Assembly: GCA_030704615.1 (NCBI GenBank)
Contig: CM060734.1
Coordinates: 37,200,001 to 37,264,000, forward strand
Reading direction: 5' to 3'
Length of the DNA: 64,000 nt
Source of the DNA: Takakia lepidozioides
Taxonomy: Eukaryota > Plantae > Bryophyta
Below the pieces are notes generated by a model. It ran no database searches and was not told where the DNA came from. It saw only the letters and a list, made by a program, of their open reading frames with translations. Position 1 is the first letter of the stretch. Each line of letters starts with the position of its first letter. This document shows positions 13,101-26,437 of the stretch, one piece after another. Both the position numbers and the translations under genes were made by a program.

Positions 13101-14710
13101 TGGTAGACATGTATGCCAAATGTGGGAGCATTGAGGATGCGAAGGGATTGTTCAACACTATGGCTGAAGGAGATTTGGTGTCGTGGAACACGATGCTTGC
13201 AGGGTATGCACAGCAGGGGCGCGAGATGGAGGCCTTGGAGACGCATGAGCAATTGATGGGGGAAGGGGTGAAGTGCAACCACATCACGTTTTGTGTGCGT
13301 TCACAATGGTTGTGCAAGCCTAGCAGCCCTGGAAAAGGGCAAAGAGGTGCATGGTGACATCGCCAAAGCTAGAATTGTACCAGATGTGATTCTGAACAAT
13401 ACCCTCGTGGACTTTTATGCCAAATGTGGGTCCATCGAGGATGCAAAGGCAGTGTTTGATAAGATGGCTGCACATTCACGGGATGGAGGCTTTGGATACC
13501 TATGAGCAAATGATGGGCAAAGGGCGACAGTTTGGAGGCTGTGATGGCTGCATATGTGTGGGGGAAAAGAAGCGAAGGGATAGAGTGTGGCCAGATTTCA
13601 GGCACAAGATTACTTATGATTCCCTGTGAACCAATAGCTACTAGCACCCTGCATGGGTAGATGGTCAACTGGAAGCTGTAGCAGCAACAACACAATAGAT
13701 AAATTCAGGCACTGCTAATGAAGGCACCTTCTTCAACACATTTCACCCTGTTTTTCCCTCTTATCAGAATCGGCCCTGAATTTTCATGTTGAATTCTGCA
13801 AGGTGTTGGTTGAGTAAACCTTTGATAGTTTGGAGTGACTGACTGATATTGCCAATGTGACAACAAGAAAGTATCCAGAAACAAGTAACAGAGACAAGGA
13901 GACCAGGAGCTGTGGAATGAATACTTTTCTCACCCCAGTCAATGGTGGGACAATCGAGGCAAAAGGTAAATGCTTGTTGGATTACAGAGAGTAGCAAATG
14001 CAATTGAGCATAGGAACTAGTGTGATAAGTTGAGTTGGGTGTTTCCTAGAACAATTCTAGGCTTTCATTGTCAGTTGCTAGCAGCACAGAAAGGGTGAAT
14101 GCATGATTTGTGCAGAGGCATGGATAGCTGAAGGAGCAGGGATAGAGTGTGGGTCCAGATTCATCTACGAGGGCCAGATTTCAAGCTCCACATTACCTGT
14201 GATTCCCTGTGGATCAATAGCTACCAGAAACCTGCATGGGTAGATGGTCAACTGGCAGCAGCGGCACAATTGATATAATCAGGCACTGCTAATGAAAGCA
14301 TCTTCTTCATTACATTTCCCTCTTATTAGAATCGGCCCTAACTTTCCATGTTGAATTCTGCAAGTTAGCTGGTTGAGTGAATCTAGTTTGGAGTGACTTT
14401 GACATGATACTGCCGATGTGACAACAGGAAAGCATCCAGAACTAGGTAACAAAGACGAGGACAAGCTGTGGAATGAATACTTTTCTGACCCCAGTCAATG
14501 GTGGGACAATCGAAGCAAGAAGGTGAATGCTTGTTGGATTATAGAGAGTAGCAGATGCAATTGAGCATAGGAACTAGTGTGATAAGTTGAGTTGGGTGTT
14601 TCCTAGAACAAATCTAGGTTGTCATCGTCAGCTGCTAGCAGCAAGGCAAGGATGTATGCTTGATTTGTGCAGAGGCATGGATAGCTGAAGGAGCAGGGAT
14701 ATAGTGTGGG
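10180..14710 (+). pseudogene. Scrambled pseudogene copy of the PDF-PPR gene (PDF exons, introns, PLS repeats; no E/DYW)
   Basis: High similarity to 27300-31140 in the opposite orientation. Stops at 11122, 12071, 12316 and 12619, frameshifts, a duplicated N-terminal block, and PDF exons re-appearing after the PPR tract. Confidence 0.93.
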
Positions 14711-15765
14711 TCCAAACTCAGGTGTTTCCGCCTTGGTAGGTTGCTCAGTGACCTTCCCTGATAGCTTTGGAGTATAGTGAGTGTCTCACAATGCAATGTT
14801 GGTTGGTGCATCTTATGCAGGAACTTAGAAAACAAACAAATGTCGTTTTTTGGAGCTTTAGGCTGAACCTCTGTGCTGGGCTGCATTGTGCAGCCTGGCC
14901 TCTGCCTCAGACTCAGACTCAGATCTTTGATCTCAGACTCAGACTCAGACTCTTTGATGTCAGACTGAAGTGTATTTGGGCACTGAAGCATTTATGTAAT
15001 TTTGAATTATCGTTGCATCTACTCATTCTATCTGTTGTTCTGGCCATGCTTAGTTAGTTCTTCATGTCATGAGCAGGTTATTGCCGTGATGCTTTGGAAT
15101 TGTGTTTAGGTGTCTTTAGATCGTGATACTGACCACAAGCAACCTACGGTGAACTGTGGTATCCTCCACATTTATGTGGAATGTCCTACAACGTAGGTCG
15201 TAGTATATTTCACACCCGCTATGGTTGTAGTGTGAAAAAGAAGGGGCATGAATCCCCTTCTGGGTGATTTCAATTGTACTCCTCTCCAGTTGAAGCAAAT
15301 CAAAAGGAAGGAACGTTATAGTGATCCGACCATCGTCACACGGCTGTGGGTTTCCCTCAGGTCGTTCGTGATCAGAGTTCATGCAATCCTCATCCACGCC
15401 GCAGCGGAAGAGAAGACATGGATGGGGAGTCTGGGTTCTTCCTTCTCTTGGTTCTACTTTTATACAGCAGCCTTGCCCTACTTGTACAGCACCAGCAGTG
15501 CTGCCGTGATGTCTTCAGTGATGCAACCAGCCCTATGTCAAAGTTGAATGCGACCCATGTGGGCAGCTCCCTTGAGCAGCAACACGTCGGAAGCCCCCTT
15601 TTGACAATGAGATCACGGATTTAGAGGGAGGCAGCTCAGATCTGCCATGAACTGCAAGCCTACTGGTGTTCTTCAGAGATCATGTTTTCTTCATCTTATC
15701 TCCCCAATTGGCCATCCCTCATTAACCCCTTTTACTGGGCAACTCTCTCCCTTCCCAAACCTTTT

Positions 15766-15772
<7 letters not shown>

Positions 15773-15824
<52 letters not shown>
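15773..15824. repeat. (CT)n microsatellite within the E1 LTR
   Basis: Directly visible. Confidence 0.98.
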
Positions 15825-15830
<6 letters not shown>

Positions 15831-17645
15831 TACAAATTCCTCACTTTTCAACAGCAGCCTATCTACAATGCAATGCAAGACACATTCAGCCATGCATCCA
15901 GTGCACCCAGCCTTGGAATCAACCTTGGTCACACAAGACATGATCAACTCCTTCATCAGTCTCTCTCATACCAATTACTGACCCTTCACACTACCTTTCC
16001 CAAAGGAGACCCATTTGCCCAAACAGTTCCCAACCCTTCTACAGGTCTCAAACTAAAACACCCCAACAGCTCTCTTTTTCCCCTTCAACTGTGAACCTCA
16101 GTTGTTCATTGCTGAGACCACTCTGAAAATCAGTTCTAGACCCCAAATCAGTGTGGGTTTTGCTGCCCCATCCACATCATCATTTCTTTGATTTCAAGCA
16201 GTTATAGCTAACCCTCACTGGTGCCCTCAATCAGCTAAGCTAGGTCTGCATTGGCTCCAATGCATCAAACCCAGGGCAGCATTGTGTGCAGGCTCATGAC
16301 ACTGAAACAAAAGGAAAAAAAAAAAGACAAGACAAACATCAACCCTTCTGTCTCTGTGATGAGCTACCTCTGTCCCCACTCATTTCTCCTACTATGCAAT
16401 GTAACATCGGATCCATCCATCTCCACCCTATCCTGGTTTGAAGTCCATAGTCTCCATTCCATTTCTCAAAATCTTTTTCCCTTCCTCATCTCTCTCTCTC
16501 TCTCTTTCTCAATTCAAAGAGTCACTCCCAAAATTTCACAAAATGATTTCTAAGTGCCAAAAAAAAGAAGCCATCAATCTACGAACTTATCTGTCTTATA
16601 CTCCAGTGAAGCGGTGGGTCTGCCTGCCAAGATGGCACCTCACCATCTCCGTCATCAGCCCCATTAACTCCTCTTCTTGTCTTGATTCCAGTGTTCATCA
16701 TGCCATGACGGCTCTGCTTCAGCCCATGGCAACATCCTTGTGGCTTGCCAACTAATTACCCTATCCTTCTACATGTGCAATTCTTCCCTAAGAATTGATA
16801 TGGTCCTATAGCAAGAAGACAGAAAGCATCTATAAGCCTTAATTACAGATAACCTGAGTTGCCATCCACACAAGCCAACACTTCACATGCCTTGGCAGCT
16901 GTTGAGCCGCTCCATCCCCTCCATTGATTGTGCCCACAACTGCACTTCTCTGTTCTCTGGCAGCTGGCCGTTTTCCTTGCATGCTCATCCTCTCATAACT
17001 GTGTTCTTCAAGGCAATGGCGGCAGCGGTGGTGCACCGCTCTCCTTACATGCTCATCCTTCAGAAATTGATCATTATCATGAAGAAAACGACACCGCTTC
17101 CCTTTGCACAGACTACCAAGCAGAAGCCCTTAACGCCGCTCTTAAAGCAAGTAGAGTCCCCTAGCGTAGGTGCAACTTTCTAAGACAGACTGCCCTGCCA
17201 ACACCACTGCTCGCAGCAGCTACTAAGAGTTGCCCGTCATCTTCCTCTTCGTCTTCCTCAACCCGCATTTCTAGGTTAAACATCTGCGATGAAAACATTC
17301 ATCCCAAGGATGAAAATACGCATGGTCATGACTTAGCCACTTTTTATCCCGGCAGAGCATTAGCATAGCGTGCCCATGAAATTACCTATATGCAGGGATA
17401 AATCCCTCCCGCAATTGGTACTAGGGCACTCCCTTTGCAGAATCTAAACAAAAATTTAATGTTACTCCCCTGCATTCACACTACATATGTAGTGTGTCTC
17501 CCTTTTTAAGTGTCAGGGTCCTCACTGACCACCTTCACCGGCTAACCATGAAGGGTTTCAAATCCCGCCTACTTCTCACCCATTCCTTGTTTGCCCCATC
17601 TCGCAGCCTGCATCTGCGTGCAGCTTCCCCTGTCCTTGTGGTGCT

Positions 17646-20600
17646 TCATGTATCTTTGTACCCCAAAAAGTCATAGGGTCCCTCCCATGGAGATGTCATG
17701 GAAGACCTCTTTCCAGGTCTCAACATCATTACCTTGCTGTTCTCCATCAACTTGCAGTAGCTATGCCCTGCTTGATGCCTCCTTGCATAATCCCTTGCCT
17801 GCTGACGCTGCCCTTTCTTCACACTTTTCCGCAGCTTAGTTTTCATCTATGTGAGGAGCTGGATTTTCTGTTGCATCATAAGTGTGACTTCTATAACAGA
17901 TCCATCAAAATTTACTGCTGCTGTAAGAAAATGCAATCTGTTGTCGACTCCTTGTGCTGCCAAGTTTTCACACATCTTGCAGTACAGTTGGTTGGTTTTC
18001 ACCTTCTCACTTCCCGGATCCACAAACAGCTCACTTCTTCTCTGATTTACTTCTGCTGGCAATACTGGCTTTACTTTGCTGGTTTGAACAGTACTGATGC
18101 GTGAGAGGTTATTGTAACACCTGGTGCTGCACAACCTTGTTTTCATACGCTGCTGATGGCTGCCCAATGGTGGGCTATTGTTGCAAACACATGTGATGCT
18201 TAAGCTCCCATGGAATCCTTCCATAATATTGACAGGTACCACCCTAGCATACATGTTAATGACGGTGTTGCCCAGCTTGTGATTTAGAAGAATTTCATCC
18301 CTCTTGATGTCATCATAGGCCTGCTCTCCCTCTCTAAGAGATGCAGTGCTGGTGTATACCTCGTAGATGGAAGTGATTCTGACATGGGTAGGCTTTATAT
18401 CCTCCCACACCATCTGCCCATTCATCTCCAGAACCTGAATTTTGCAAGCATGCTGGGCATTTCTCATAATCACCACATTTGGTAACATCCCATCTCGTTC
18501 AGCCATGTTGATGAGCACTCCCTTTGCATTCTTGATACCCCCCCACTTGGTATATATGCGAACAAAGGTAGTGCCCAAGATAATCCTTGGCACAACTCCA
18601 GCCTCAATGACATCAACATGGATTCCCTTGCCTTCACCCATGTTTGCCAGGCTTGCGCATGTATTGCATATACTAAGGAATGTCACTTGGTTGGGCTTTA
18701 CCTTTTTATTTCCAAAATCTGAAGACAGCTCATTACTTCCATATTGAGTTGCCGCTGCTGGTATAGCGCTGACTCCTTCAGATATGTCCACAGAGATTAC
18801 ACTGTAAAGGCAGCTTCCCAAACTTGCTCCCCTCTTGTGCTGGCGTTTTGGTGTGTATGCAAGTCCTTTCTCTGTCCATGTCTGCTTCCATCTTCCACCA
18901 AAGCCAGCCATTCCTTTACAACCTTGCTTCAGATTACTGAGCTGTATATACCAGATGTATTGGCAGCATAAAATTGTAATCAGGATGGCCTGTTCTGACC
19001 AGTTCTTCACCGTTTGCCATAGGCACCTGCAGCACATAATCGATGCCCCCCATCTCCACTGTTGTAATTGCTGATGCACGCCAGTGACGACCCTACAGCA
19101 CATAATCAATATCAAGATGGCCTGTTGCCTCCATGCCTTAACATCCCCCTTTTCCCCTTTCCCCCCCCTTTTTTTTTGTAATTATGTATACAACTTGTGA
19201 ACCGGAGGATGCTGTGGTTAATGAATGATTTCCTTGTGCTTTGCCTCCACCTTTGACACCATTTTTCCTTTGTTTTTGGCAGATTTGTTCCTTGCAGAAT
19301 CACCTCATCGTCATGCATCTTTTCTTTGTGACCCTCCTCTACATAATGCAAGTCTTTGCATGTCCACACTCTTGGCTTCCACACATGGTTTTCTGCCCCT
19401 TCGTATGCCCTAATGACTTCTCCACTCTTCATGTCATCATGTGCAAGCTTAGGTGTTCTCATGCATCGATCTTTCAGGTTATCCCTTCTCCTTTTTACCA
19501 CCTTTTCCATCACTGGAGCGAGTTGTACGCTCCCTCCCTTTAGACAAATTTCTTCTCCAATCTGCAGTGCCTCTCCATTGTATGAATCCTTCCACACCTG
19601 ATACTCCATGTTCCCTTCATCTCCCCCCAACATTTGTCAACGTTTCATCATCCAAAGAAGTTTCAACGTCCTCTTCCTTGTCCTGAATTGGGGTTCCTGG
19701 TGTCCCCATGAACATGTTATTGACTGATGATGTGCATATATCCAAGAGCAGCTGGAGCCATTGCAGCTCTGCCTGAAGATGCTTGTTATCACTACGGAGC
19801 TCATCCCAGTACACTTATCTGGCCTTACTCCGTTCTTGGGTGGATTTCTCGAGTGCCAACTGTAACTGTTGAATTTCCATGACCAAGTTCTCTACCTGGA
19901 TTTTAGTTTCTCTCTGTAGTGCTAGGGCAGCTACAACGCTATCTCGTGCACCCTTTACCTCTAATTTCTCCTCCTGTGCAGTCGCAAGTTTGGTGTGCAG
20001 CCCACTTAGTTCCTTTCCCGTATCCAGAGATGCTCCTCCATTCTCCAACTGTATATGAGTTGAGCTACTTTGTGGCTCACTGTTGCCCCCGTCATCATGT
20101 TGCAGCTTACCTTTGTGAGAACATCTGGAAATCTGAGCCCTGTCGTACTCTTCATTCCCCAACACACTCAGTCCTCTCTTGGAAACACTAATCTTTGGTG
20201 ACATGGTAGCATCATGCCCAAACTTTCCAAGCATGTCTTGATCAAGGTGTGCATCTTTCTCTAGATCCTGTCTAGTTTGAGCAAGCATCGTACACTCTTC
20301 CTCCACCCATTCCATCAGGTCTGTCCAAGATTCGTTGTGATCTTCCTCTACCATGACACTCACTTCACCGGTTGTACCACTATTGCTTGGGGAGTTGGTG
20401 GTGCTATGCCCAGACTCCCCAAGTATGTCTTGCCCTACATGTGTCCTTGTATAAGACCTTGTAAACTGCACATGAACTTGCAATCTAGGTGTACACTCTT
20501 CATTGACACCTGATTGATACTCTGTTGAACAAAAGATGTCTTCCACGATCTCTTTTTCCACATCACAAAACACATTCACAACATTTGTGCCAAGAGAGCT

Positions 20601-20954
20601 TACCCATTCGCACTCCATCCTTCTGCTGCTCCTCGACTCCCATTGTTCCAACATTTCACAGCATGAATCTTGCATTCCACATGTTCCCACTTGCAGCCCC
20701 AGCTGGTGATTCCTTTCGCTTCGGATCTGATTCTGTCTTGATGGACATGCAATGCAACACTCTACTTGCTGCCTTGTGTTGTTCAAGTTGAGAACTCGAG
20801 GAAGCCTTGTAGGGACTTTGCTGGTTTGGTTCTTCTCCCTAAAGCACCTCCGTGACATGGTTTTGTGATCTGGTATAGGTTTATGATCAGTAGAACTCAC
20901 AGGTGTGAACCTGTTGTGATTATCCTTCTCAATCAGAGACAATTTCTCTTCCAT
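17646..20954 (-). pseudogene. Long chimeric, mostly open reading frame inside E1 (coiled-coil + diverged PPR motifs + integrase tail)
   Basis: ORFs starting at 20954, 19814, 19115 and 17846 share one frame, with one shifted segment 19633-19112. 18240-18710 translates as L-S-P-L PPR motifs (KPNQVTFLSICNTCASLANMGEGKGIHVDVIEAG...). Confidence 0.6.
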
Positions 20955-21788
20955 CCCTGTGGCAGACTCTTCTACATTTGTATCTATCCCATCAAACTAG
21001 CGTAGGTGCAACTTTCTAAGACAGACTGTCCTGCCAACACCACTGCTCGCAGCAGCTGCTAAGAGTTGCCCGTCATCTTCCTCTTCGTCTTCCTCAACCC
21101 GCATTTCTAGGTTAAACATCTGCGATGAAAACATTCATCCCAAGGATGAAAATACGCATGGTCATGACTTAGCCACTTTTTATCCCGGCAGAGCATTAGC
21201 ATAGCGTGCCCATGAAATTACCTATATGCAGGGATAAATCCCTCCCGCAATTGGTACCAGGGCACTCCCTTTGCAGAATCTAAACAAAAATTTAATGTTA
21301 CTCCCCTTGCATTCACACCACATGGTCTTCTCCACAGTTATGTGGAATGACCTACAATATAGGCAGTAAAATACTCCACACCCACACCAAGAGTTGCTCC
21401 AAAATACGCCACGTGTTGCCTTGACAAAAATACACGTGGTGCCCATACCGTTGCCCAGATGTCGTCAAGCCATGGTGACAGGCTGTCGCATAATTTTCCC
21501 GTAGGTGTGGACAAGTCCACACCCTTTGTACATCTAGGATCCACGTGGCGGTGTTCGCCAAAGCACACATCGCCCATGGAAAAAGCCATTCACCCCGTGA
21601 AAAAAGCCACCTCTGGATTCAGCCACCCGTGGACTTTTCCACAGGGCCACCCGAGAGCCAGGCCATCCACGGGGTGTCCGAAAGCACTAGTCGTTTCTTA
21701 CACCCACGACAGGTGTGGATTGCGGCTGATTCCACAGCAAAAAGTGTGGAAAAAGCCGTGGAAAAAGCCGGTTTCTCTTCTAGTGAGA

Positions 21789-22200
21789 TAAGATAAAACC
21801 TGGTGGGAGCCAATCCCACAAAAGGCTACCCTTGGCACTAGACTGACATTTAAACCTGGGGCGGGGAGTCTACCTTTGAACAATAAATAGATGCAGAGCG
21901 AAAAAGGGAGATTGTCAATGCCCAATGCGCAGGCGGCCTGAAAACAATATCCAATTTCTCATACAATGCCTATTCCCAACAGAGAGGGACCCTCTTCAGG
22001 ACCATCAAGAACATAGTCCCTGCGTCTTTGTTCACCAACGTCCAAATCTCGAGGCTGAGCCTAAAGCCTCGGGGGTCTAATTGATGGGCAACTCACACAC
22101 AACAGATTCATGCTTGTGTGAAGGGTTTTTTAAGGGATATCTGGAAAGCTTGAACTATTGTTTTTTCCAAGGTTTGTCCCACTACCGGAGTGAGCCCATC
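21789..22200 (+). mobile_element. LINE 3' fragment (C-terminal zinc-knuckle region)
   Basis: Translates TLGTRLTFKPGAGSLPLNNK...GDCQCP, homologous to the minus-strand LINE piece at 47819-48085. Confidence 0.65.
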
Positions 22201-22219
22201 ACAAAGGTAGAGTCTGTTC

Positions 22220-23370
22220 CCTCTTGTTCCTCATCTCTCTTACCTGATTCTGGATACTTTGGCAGTATCATGTCAAAGTCACTCCAACTATCAAAGGTTC
22301 ACCCAACCAGCTAACTTGCAGAATTCAACATGAAAATTTAGGGCCGGTTCTGATAAGAGGGAACCCACACTCCATCCCTGCTCCTTCAGCTATCCATGCC
22401 TCTGCACAAATCATGCATACATCCTTGCCTTGCTGCTAGCAACATACAATGGTAGCCTAGAATTCTTCCAGCAAACACCCAAACCATACTTATCATACTA
22501 GTTCCTATGCTGAGTTGCATCTGCTTCCAACAGGCATTCACCTTTTTGTCTCCATTGTCCCACAATTGACTGGCTTCGGAGAAGTGTTCATTCCAAAGCT
22601 TCTCCATGTTTGATAGCAACACATAAGTCGCGGCATCCTGTTCATCCTACTTGAGGATAGATGTTGCCACACATTTAGCCATCTCCACATTGCCATGGAT
22701 TCTGCAGGCACCAAGCAAGGCCTTCCAGACCACAACATCTGGATTGATTGGCATTTTATTAACCAGGTCCACTGCCTCATCCAGTTGTCCCGCACGTCCA
22801 AGAAGGTCCACCATGCAGCCAAAGTGCTTTACTGTTAGAGTGATACCATGAACTTGACTCAGGGAATCGAAGTAGTGTCTTCCTTCATCCAGTAGGCCAG
22901 TGTGGTTGCATGCAGAGAGAACACATATAAAGGCTGTCCACCTTCAAGCCGTTCTTGTGCATTCCTTCAAATAGTTGCAGGACCTCCCTATGACAACATA
23001 CTGGGCATATCCTGCGATCATCGCATTCCACATCTGGCATACATGTCCACGAGGGTATTGTTCAGAACCACATCTGGTACAATTCCAGCTTTGGCGATGC
23101 AACCATGCCATTTTCCAGGGCTGCCAGGCTTGCATACGCACTGCAAATGCACACAAACGTGATGAGGTCAGGCTTCACCACTTCCCCCATCATTTGTTCA
23201 TAGGTCTCCAAAGCCTCCATCCCGTGCCCCTGCTGTGCATACCCTGCAAGCATCGCGTTCCACGACACCACATCTCGTTCAGCCACAGTGTAGAAAACTC
23301 CCTTCGCATCCTCGATTCACCCACATTTGGCATATGTCCACCAGGGCAGTGTTTAGGATGAATCTGGTGC
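22220..23370 (-). pseudogene. Deleted PPR pseudogene (P/L/S, L2-S2-E fragments) joined to PDF-exon fragments
   Basis: Matches 26920-27700 with deletions. After YVLLSN the sequence jumps to EKLWNEHFSEASQLWDNGDKK. Confidence 0.9.
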
Positions 23371-23588
23371 AATAAGTTAGACAACCACCAGTCTTTGATG
23401 TTCGCCTTATTCTACACAAGGTTGCAATGCTCCATGGATATGGCGGAAAGGTGAACGATGGCGGAAAACATTCATTATGCTTTTAAAACTAGCATTCTGT
23501 TGAGGTGGTGACCCCCTGTCCCTAGGCATCAATGTTTTGCTTCCTGCTATGTTGGAGCTCTGATTTTTGTAGTCCACAGCTGGCGCTC

Positions 23589-23892
23589 CTATCTTATGTT
23601 AATACTTCGCAATGACAGATCACCAGTTCCTCCCATGGAGACCTTCTTGACAGGTTGTGCCATCCCAAATACCTTCCAAAAGCGAAGTGTCTCATCCGCA
23701 GCAGCGGAGATTACCATTGTGTAGATAGACTGCTGACTCAGGTGATGTTGATGTGACAGCTGCATCCCAAATGTAGAGCAAGTTGTCATTGCCTCCACTT
23801 GCTAGCTGTTGGCCTGACGGTGACCACTTGAGGCCACACACCTCCTGATTGTGCCCTATCAGACGGGAGGTGACATGATCTCTCACCCGTAC
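23589..23892 (-). pseudogene. CDC20: Internally deleted CDC20/Fizzy fragment
   Basis: GHNQEVCGLKWSPSGQQLASGGNDNLLYIWD is followed, in another frame, by SAAADETLRFWKVF and the C-terminal IR tail. The intervening WD40 repeats are missing. Confidence 0.88.
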
Positions 23893-24670
23893 TGCCAATT
23901 CAAAACACACTCTTTAGCAAGTCATATTTTGAAGGAAGACATGTCTGTAGTATCCATTTAAGCCTCTTTCTCCTTCTGGTACTTTCAGTAATCTCCACTG
24001 CCTTCAAAGTTCCCCGTCTGAATGCTCAGTTATTGAATGTGTCTGTGACAACCATTGTTGAGTTTCAGAAACATCTCACTCCATCAGAAAAACATTGTTA
24101 TGCTGATCAGCATACTTTGTATCACTTCTTGTTGATTCCTTACCCCAAACTTTCTCTGCCTCACAGAAGCTATTCAATGCTTGGAAAAGGGCCCAAAAGC
24201 AAACAACCTTACCATCATGGTTGATGATGTGGCTGTCACGACCAAAACACGTTCACAAGCCTAAGCAAGCAAAATGATGTGATCTGCGGAGCCTTTGCAC
24301 GAAAATCGAAGCTGATCGAACGTGGGAAAGGCCACGGTTTGCATTGAGCAGCGAGACTGTTGAGAGCTTGCAAGGTGCACGATGGCGGAAAACGCAGAGC
24401 TCCTGCAGTTCAAGAACTTCAAGAACCGGGCAGTCCGGGCAATTCCAAAACAACTTGGCGCTTTGGGGATTTTTGGGCGGGCTGTCCGGGCAGACTCCAA
24501 AGAAATTGACGACGACGATGACCTGGCTACGATGACGTGGTGACGATGATGTGGCGATGATGACATGGCACTATGGCACCCTATTCCTGCTCTACGCTAA
24601 ACTAGCTTCCCACCTTCGGTCATCGCTAGAATTCCCTTAGATATGTACAATATATGGTATCATTAGTATG

Positions 24671-24906
24671 ACCAACAGTCACTAGCTCAGTTGGTAAAGT
24701 GCGCTGAGTGCCATCCGGATGACGCTGGGGTCAAATCTTGCTACTTGACGGGTGTGGTACGCTCTTCTCCCCCTTCCCTGTGCAGTGTCGCATCGGAAAG
24801 CCTTACGGCGAGGTTATTGAGAGGTGAGGTTATTTTCCCCTCTTTATCAAGGCTGTCGCTCCCAAGTGTTTCCCTTTGAAAAAATAAAATAAAAAATAAA
24901 ATAAAA
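24671..24906 (+). mobile_element. tRNA-derived SINE
   Basis: A-box TAGCTCAGTTGG, degenerate B-box GGGTCAAATC, A-rich tail (AAAAT)n, and a flanking direct repeat TAGTATG (24664-24670, 24907-24913). Confidence 0.7.
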
Positions 24907-26437
24907 TAGTATGGGTTCTTTTTTTTTACCCTTAACTTCCTACGCAACCTGTTTCAGGTCGCTCTCTTTGGGGGACCATCCTACCTTTTGCAGATGAACT
25001 TTTTTGACATTAATTCCTTCTAAGCATTTATAGCGCATGAGGTCCTCCAATTTATTGCATGCCATTTGGAGCAGGACCTCCAGATTTTTCTAAGGCACAT
25101 GGGTCAAAAATTTATTGGGTGGAGGGAGTTATCTAGAAACGTGGGGCCCCCCTCATTAGGCCATTGAAGCATACCAGGCTACTGATGCCAAAATTGTTCG
25201 ACCTATTTTAATTTCGGTTTTCACCAATAGATTCTCTTGAAAAATCTCCTGATGCTTATCGGCATTGTAAGAAGCCCCTCGCCGGGATTTGTGTAATTAT
25301 GGTTTTTGGGATGACATGGTTTGGAGGTAAGCTTTAGGCTTGAATGTGCTTGCTAAGGATGGACATGTCCACCCTCACGGGGTAGCCCTTTTGGAAAATT
25401 CAAAAAGCGCTTGGTCAAAGCAAATAAAGGTTTTTTTCAAACCAAAAGAAAAAAAAAACTTTCCCAAAAAAAAATATAATCTCTCAAATGCAAGGGTGAA
25501 AATTCTTAAAATTTAGGGAGATGGTGTAAAGGCCAGGTAGGCATGTATGTTAGCAGTCAATTTTTGTGGATGAATGCTGATAGGTGGTTAGCCTCCGTTA
25601 GTTAGCTGCAAGGGGTAGTAATTTTTTGAAGTGAAAAAATTCACCTTGTAGAAAGTTAAGGATTAATATCAGTTGAATGTCAATACAGATATCAATATGA
25701 CTTTTTTTTAATAAAAATGGGGCTGAGGCAAGTGCAAGCATTTAAATCATATTGATAATAAAAGGCCGAAGCAAGTGAACACATAGAAAAGTTCAGCAAA
25801 TAAAAGGAAAAAACAACCCTGTGGAGGCCATGAAGGTAGTACGACACCGACACTGTCGTACGGCCACCCGCAACCAAGGAAGAAGAGAAGAGCGCGACAA
25901 CAGAGGGGCCAACACCAAGGCCACCATAGCCCACAGGCAAGAGACCAACAAAAAACAGGGCGAAGCACCACAAGGCAGTATTAGGGGAAGGAAAAGGAAA
26001 ACAAGCTCCAATAATTGAATAGCTTAGATCGCGGAACTCCAAATTTGAAATGGTCATTTGAACTATTCAAATGGCTCATTCCAATATTTAAATGGCCATT
26101 TGAATATCATTTGAACTATTCAAATGGCCCATTCCAATATTGAAATGCCAAGCCGGGGGCAAACGGAAGGGCGAAGCATGGCCCTAAGCACCAAACTCGC
26201 AACTGCAGCCATTACGTGCCTTTAGTGTTTGCAATAACCTACCCACGATGCACAACCAAATCCGAGCGACCCCACTATGCCGGGTAGACCCCACTATCAT
26301 TTCCCGTGGATATGCCACAGGAAATGCACTCAACAGTACCTCATGGTCGATACTCTCAGGAAATGGTGGATGCTCTGAGTAGCTACACAGATCACTGAAT
26401 GAAGCAAGACAATCGCATCTTTCCAAGAAAACACCTT

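Larger units (their letters stand above)
15226..21322 (-). mobile_element. Non-autonomous LTR retroelement E1 nested in the CACTA
   Basis: TG...CA ends with 4-bp TSD TGGT (15222-15225, 21323-21326). 3' LTR is 15226-17485. The truncated 5' LTR 20997-21322 matches 17161-17485. PPT AAAAAGGGAGA at 17507-17497. Integrase C-terminal-like WEGPY remnant near 17660-17690. Confidence 0.88.
9280..21785. mobile_element. Non-autonomous CACTA (Pack-CACTA) element, 12.5 kb
   Basis: Perfect 32-bp TIRs CACTAGAAGAGAAACCGGCTTTTTCCACGGCT. 3-bp TSD AGA (9277-9279, 21786-21788). CCAC/GTGG-rich subterminal repeats at both ends. No transposase ORF seen. Confidence 0.93.

Noticed and set aside
15647-15981. ORFs with SLSLSL/ERERER runs
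   Set aside because: Translations of the (CT)n microsatellite.
17161-21000. Helitron ends suggested by CTAG at the edge of the shared repeat
   Set aside because: The CTAG is just the breakpoint of the truncated 5' LTR. The element's true ends and TSD lie at 15226 and 21322.
24678-24745. Functional tRNA gene (also 31668-31727)
   Set aside because: A/B boxes are present but there is no convincing cloverleaf. The first has a tail and TSD typical of a SINE.
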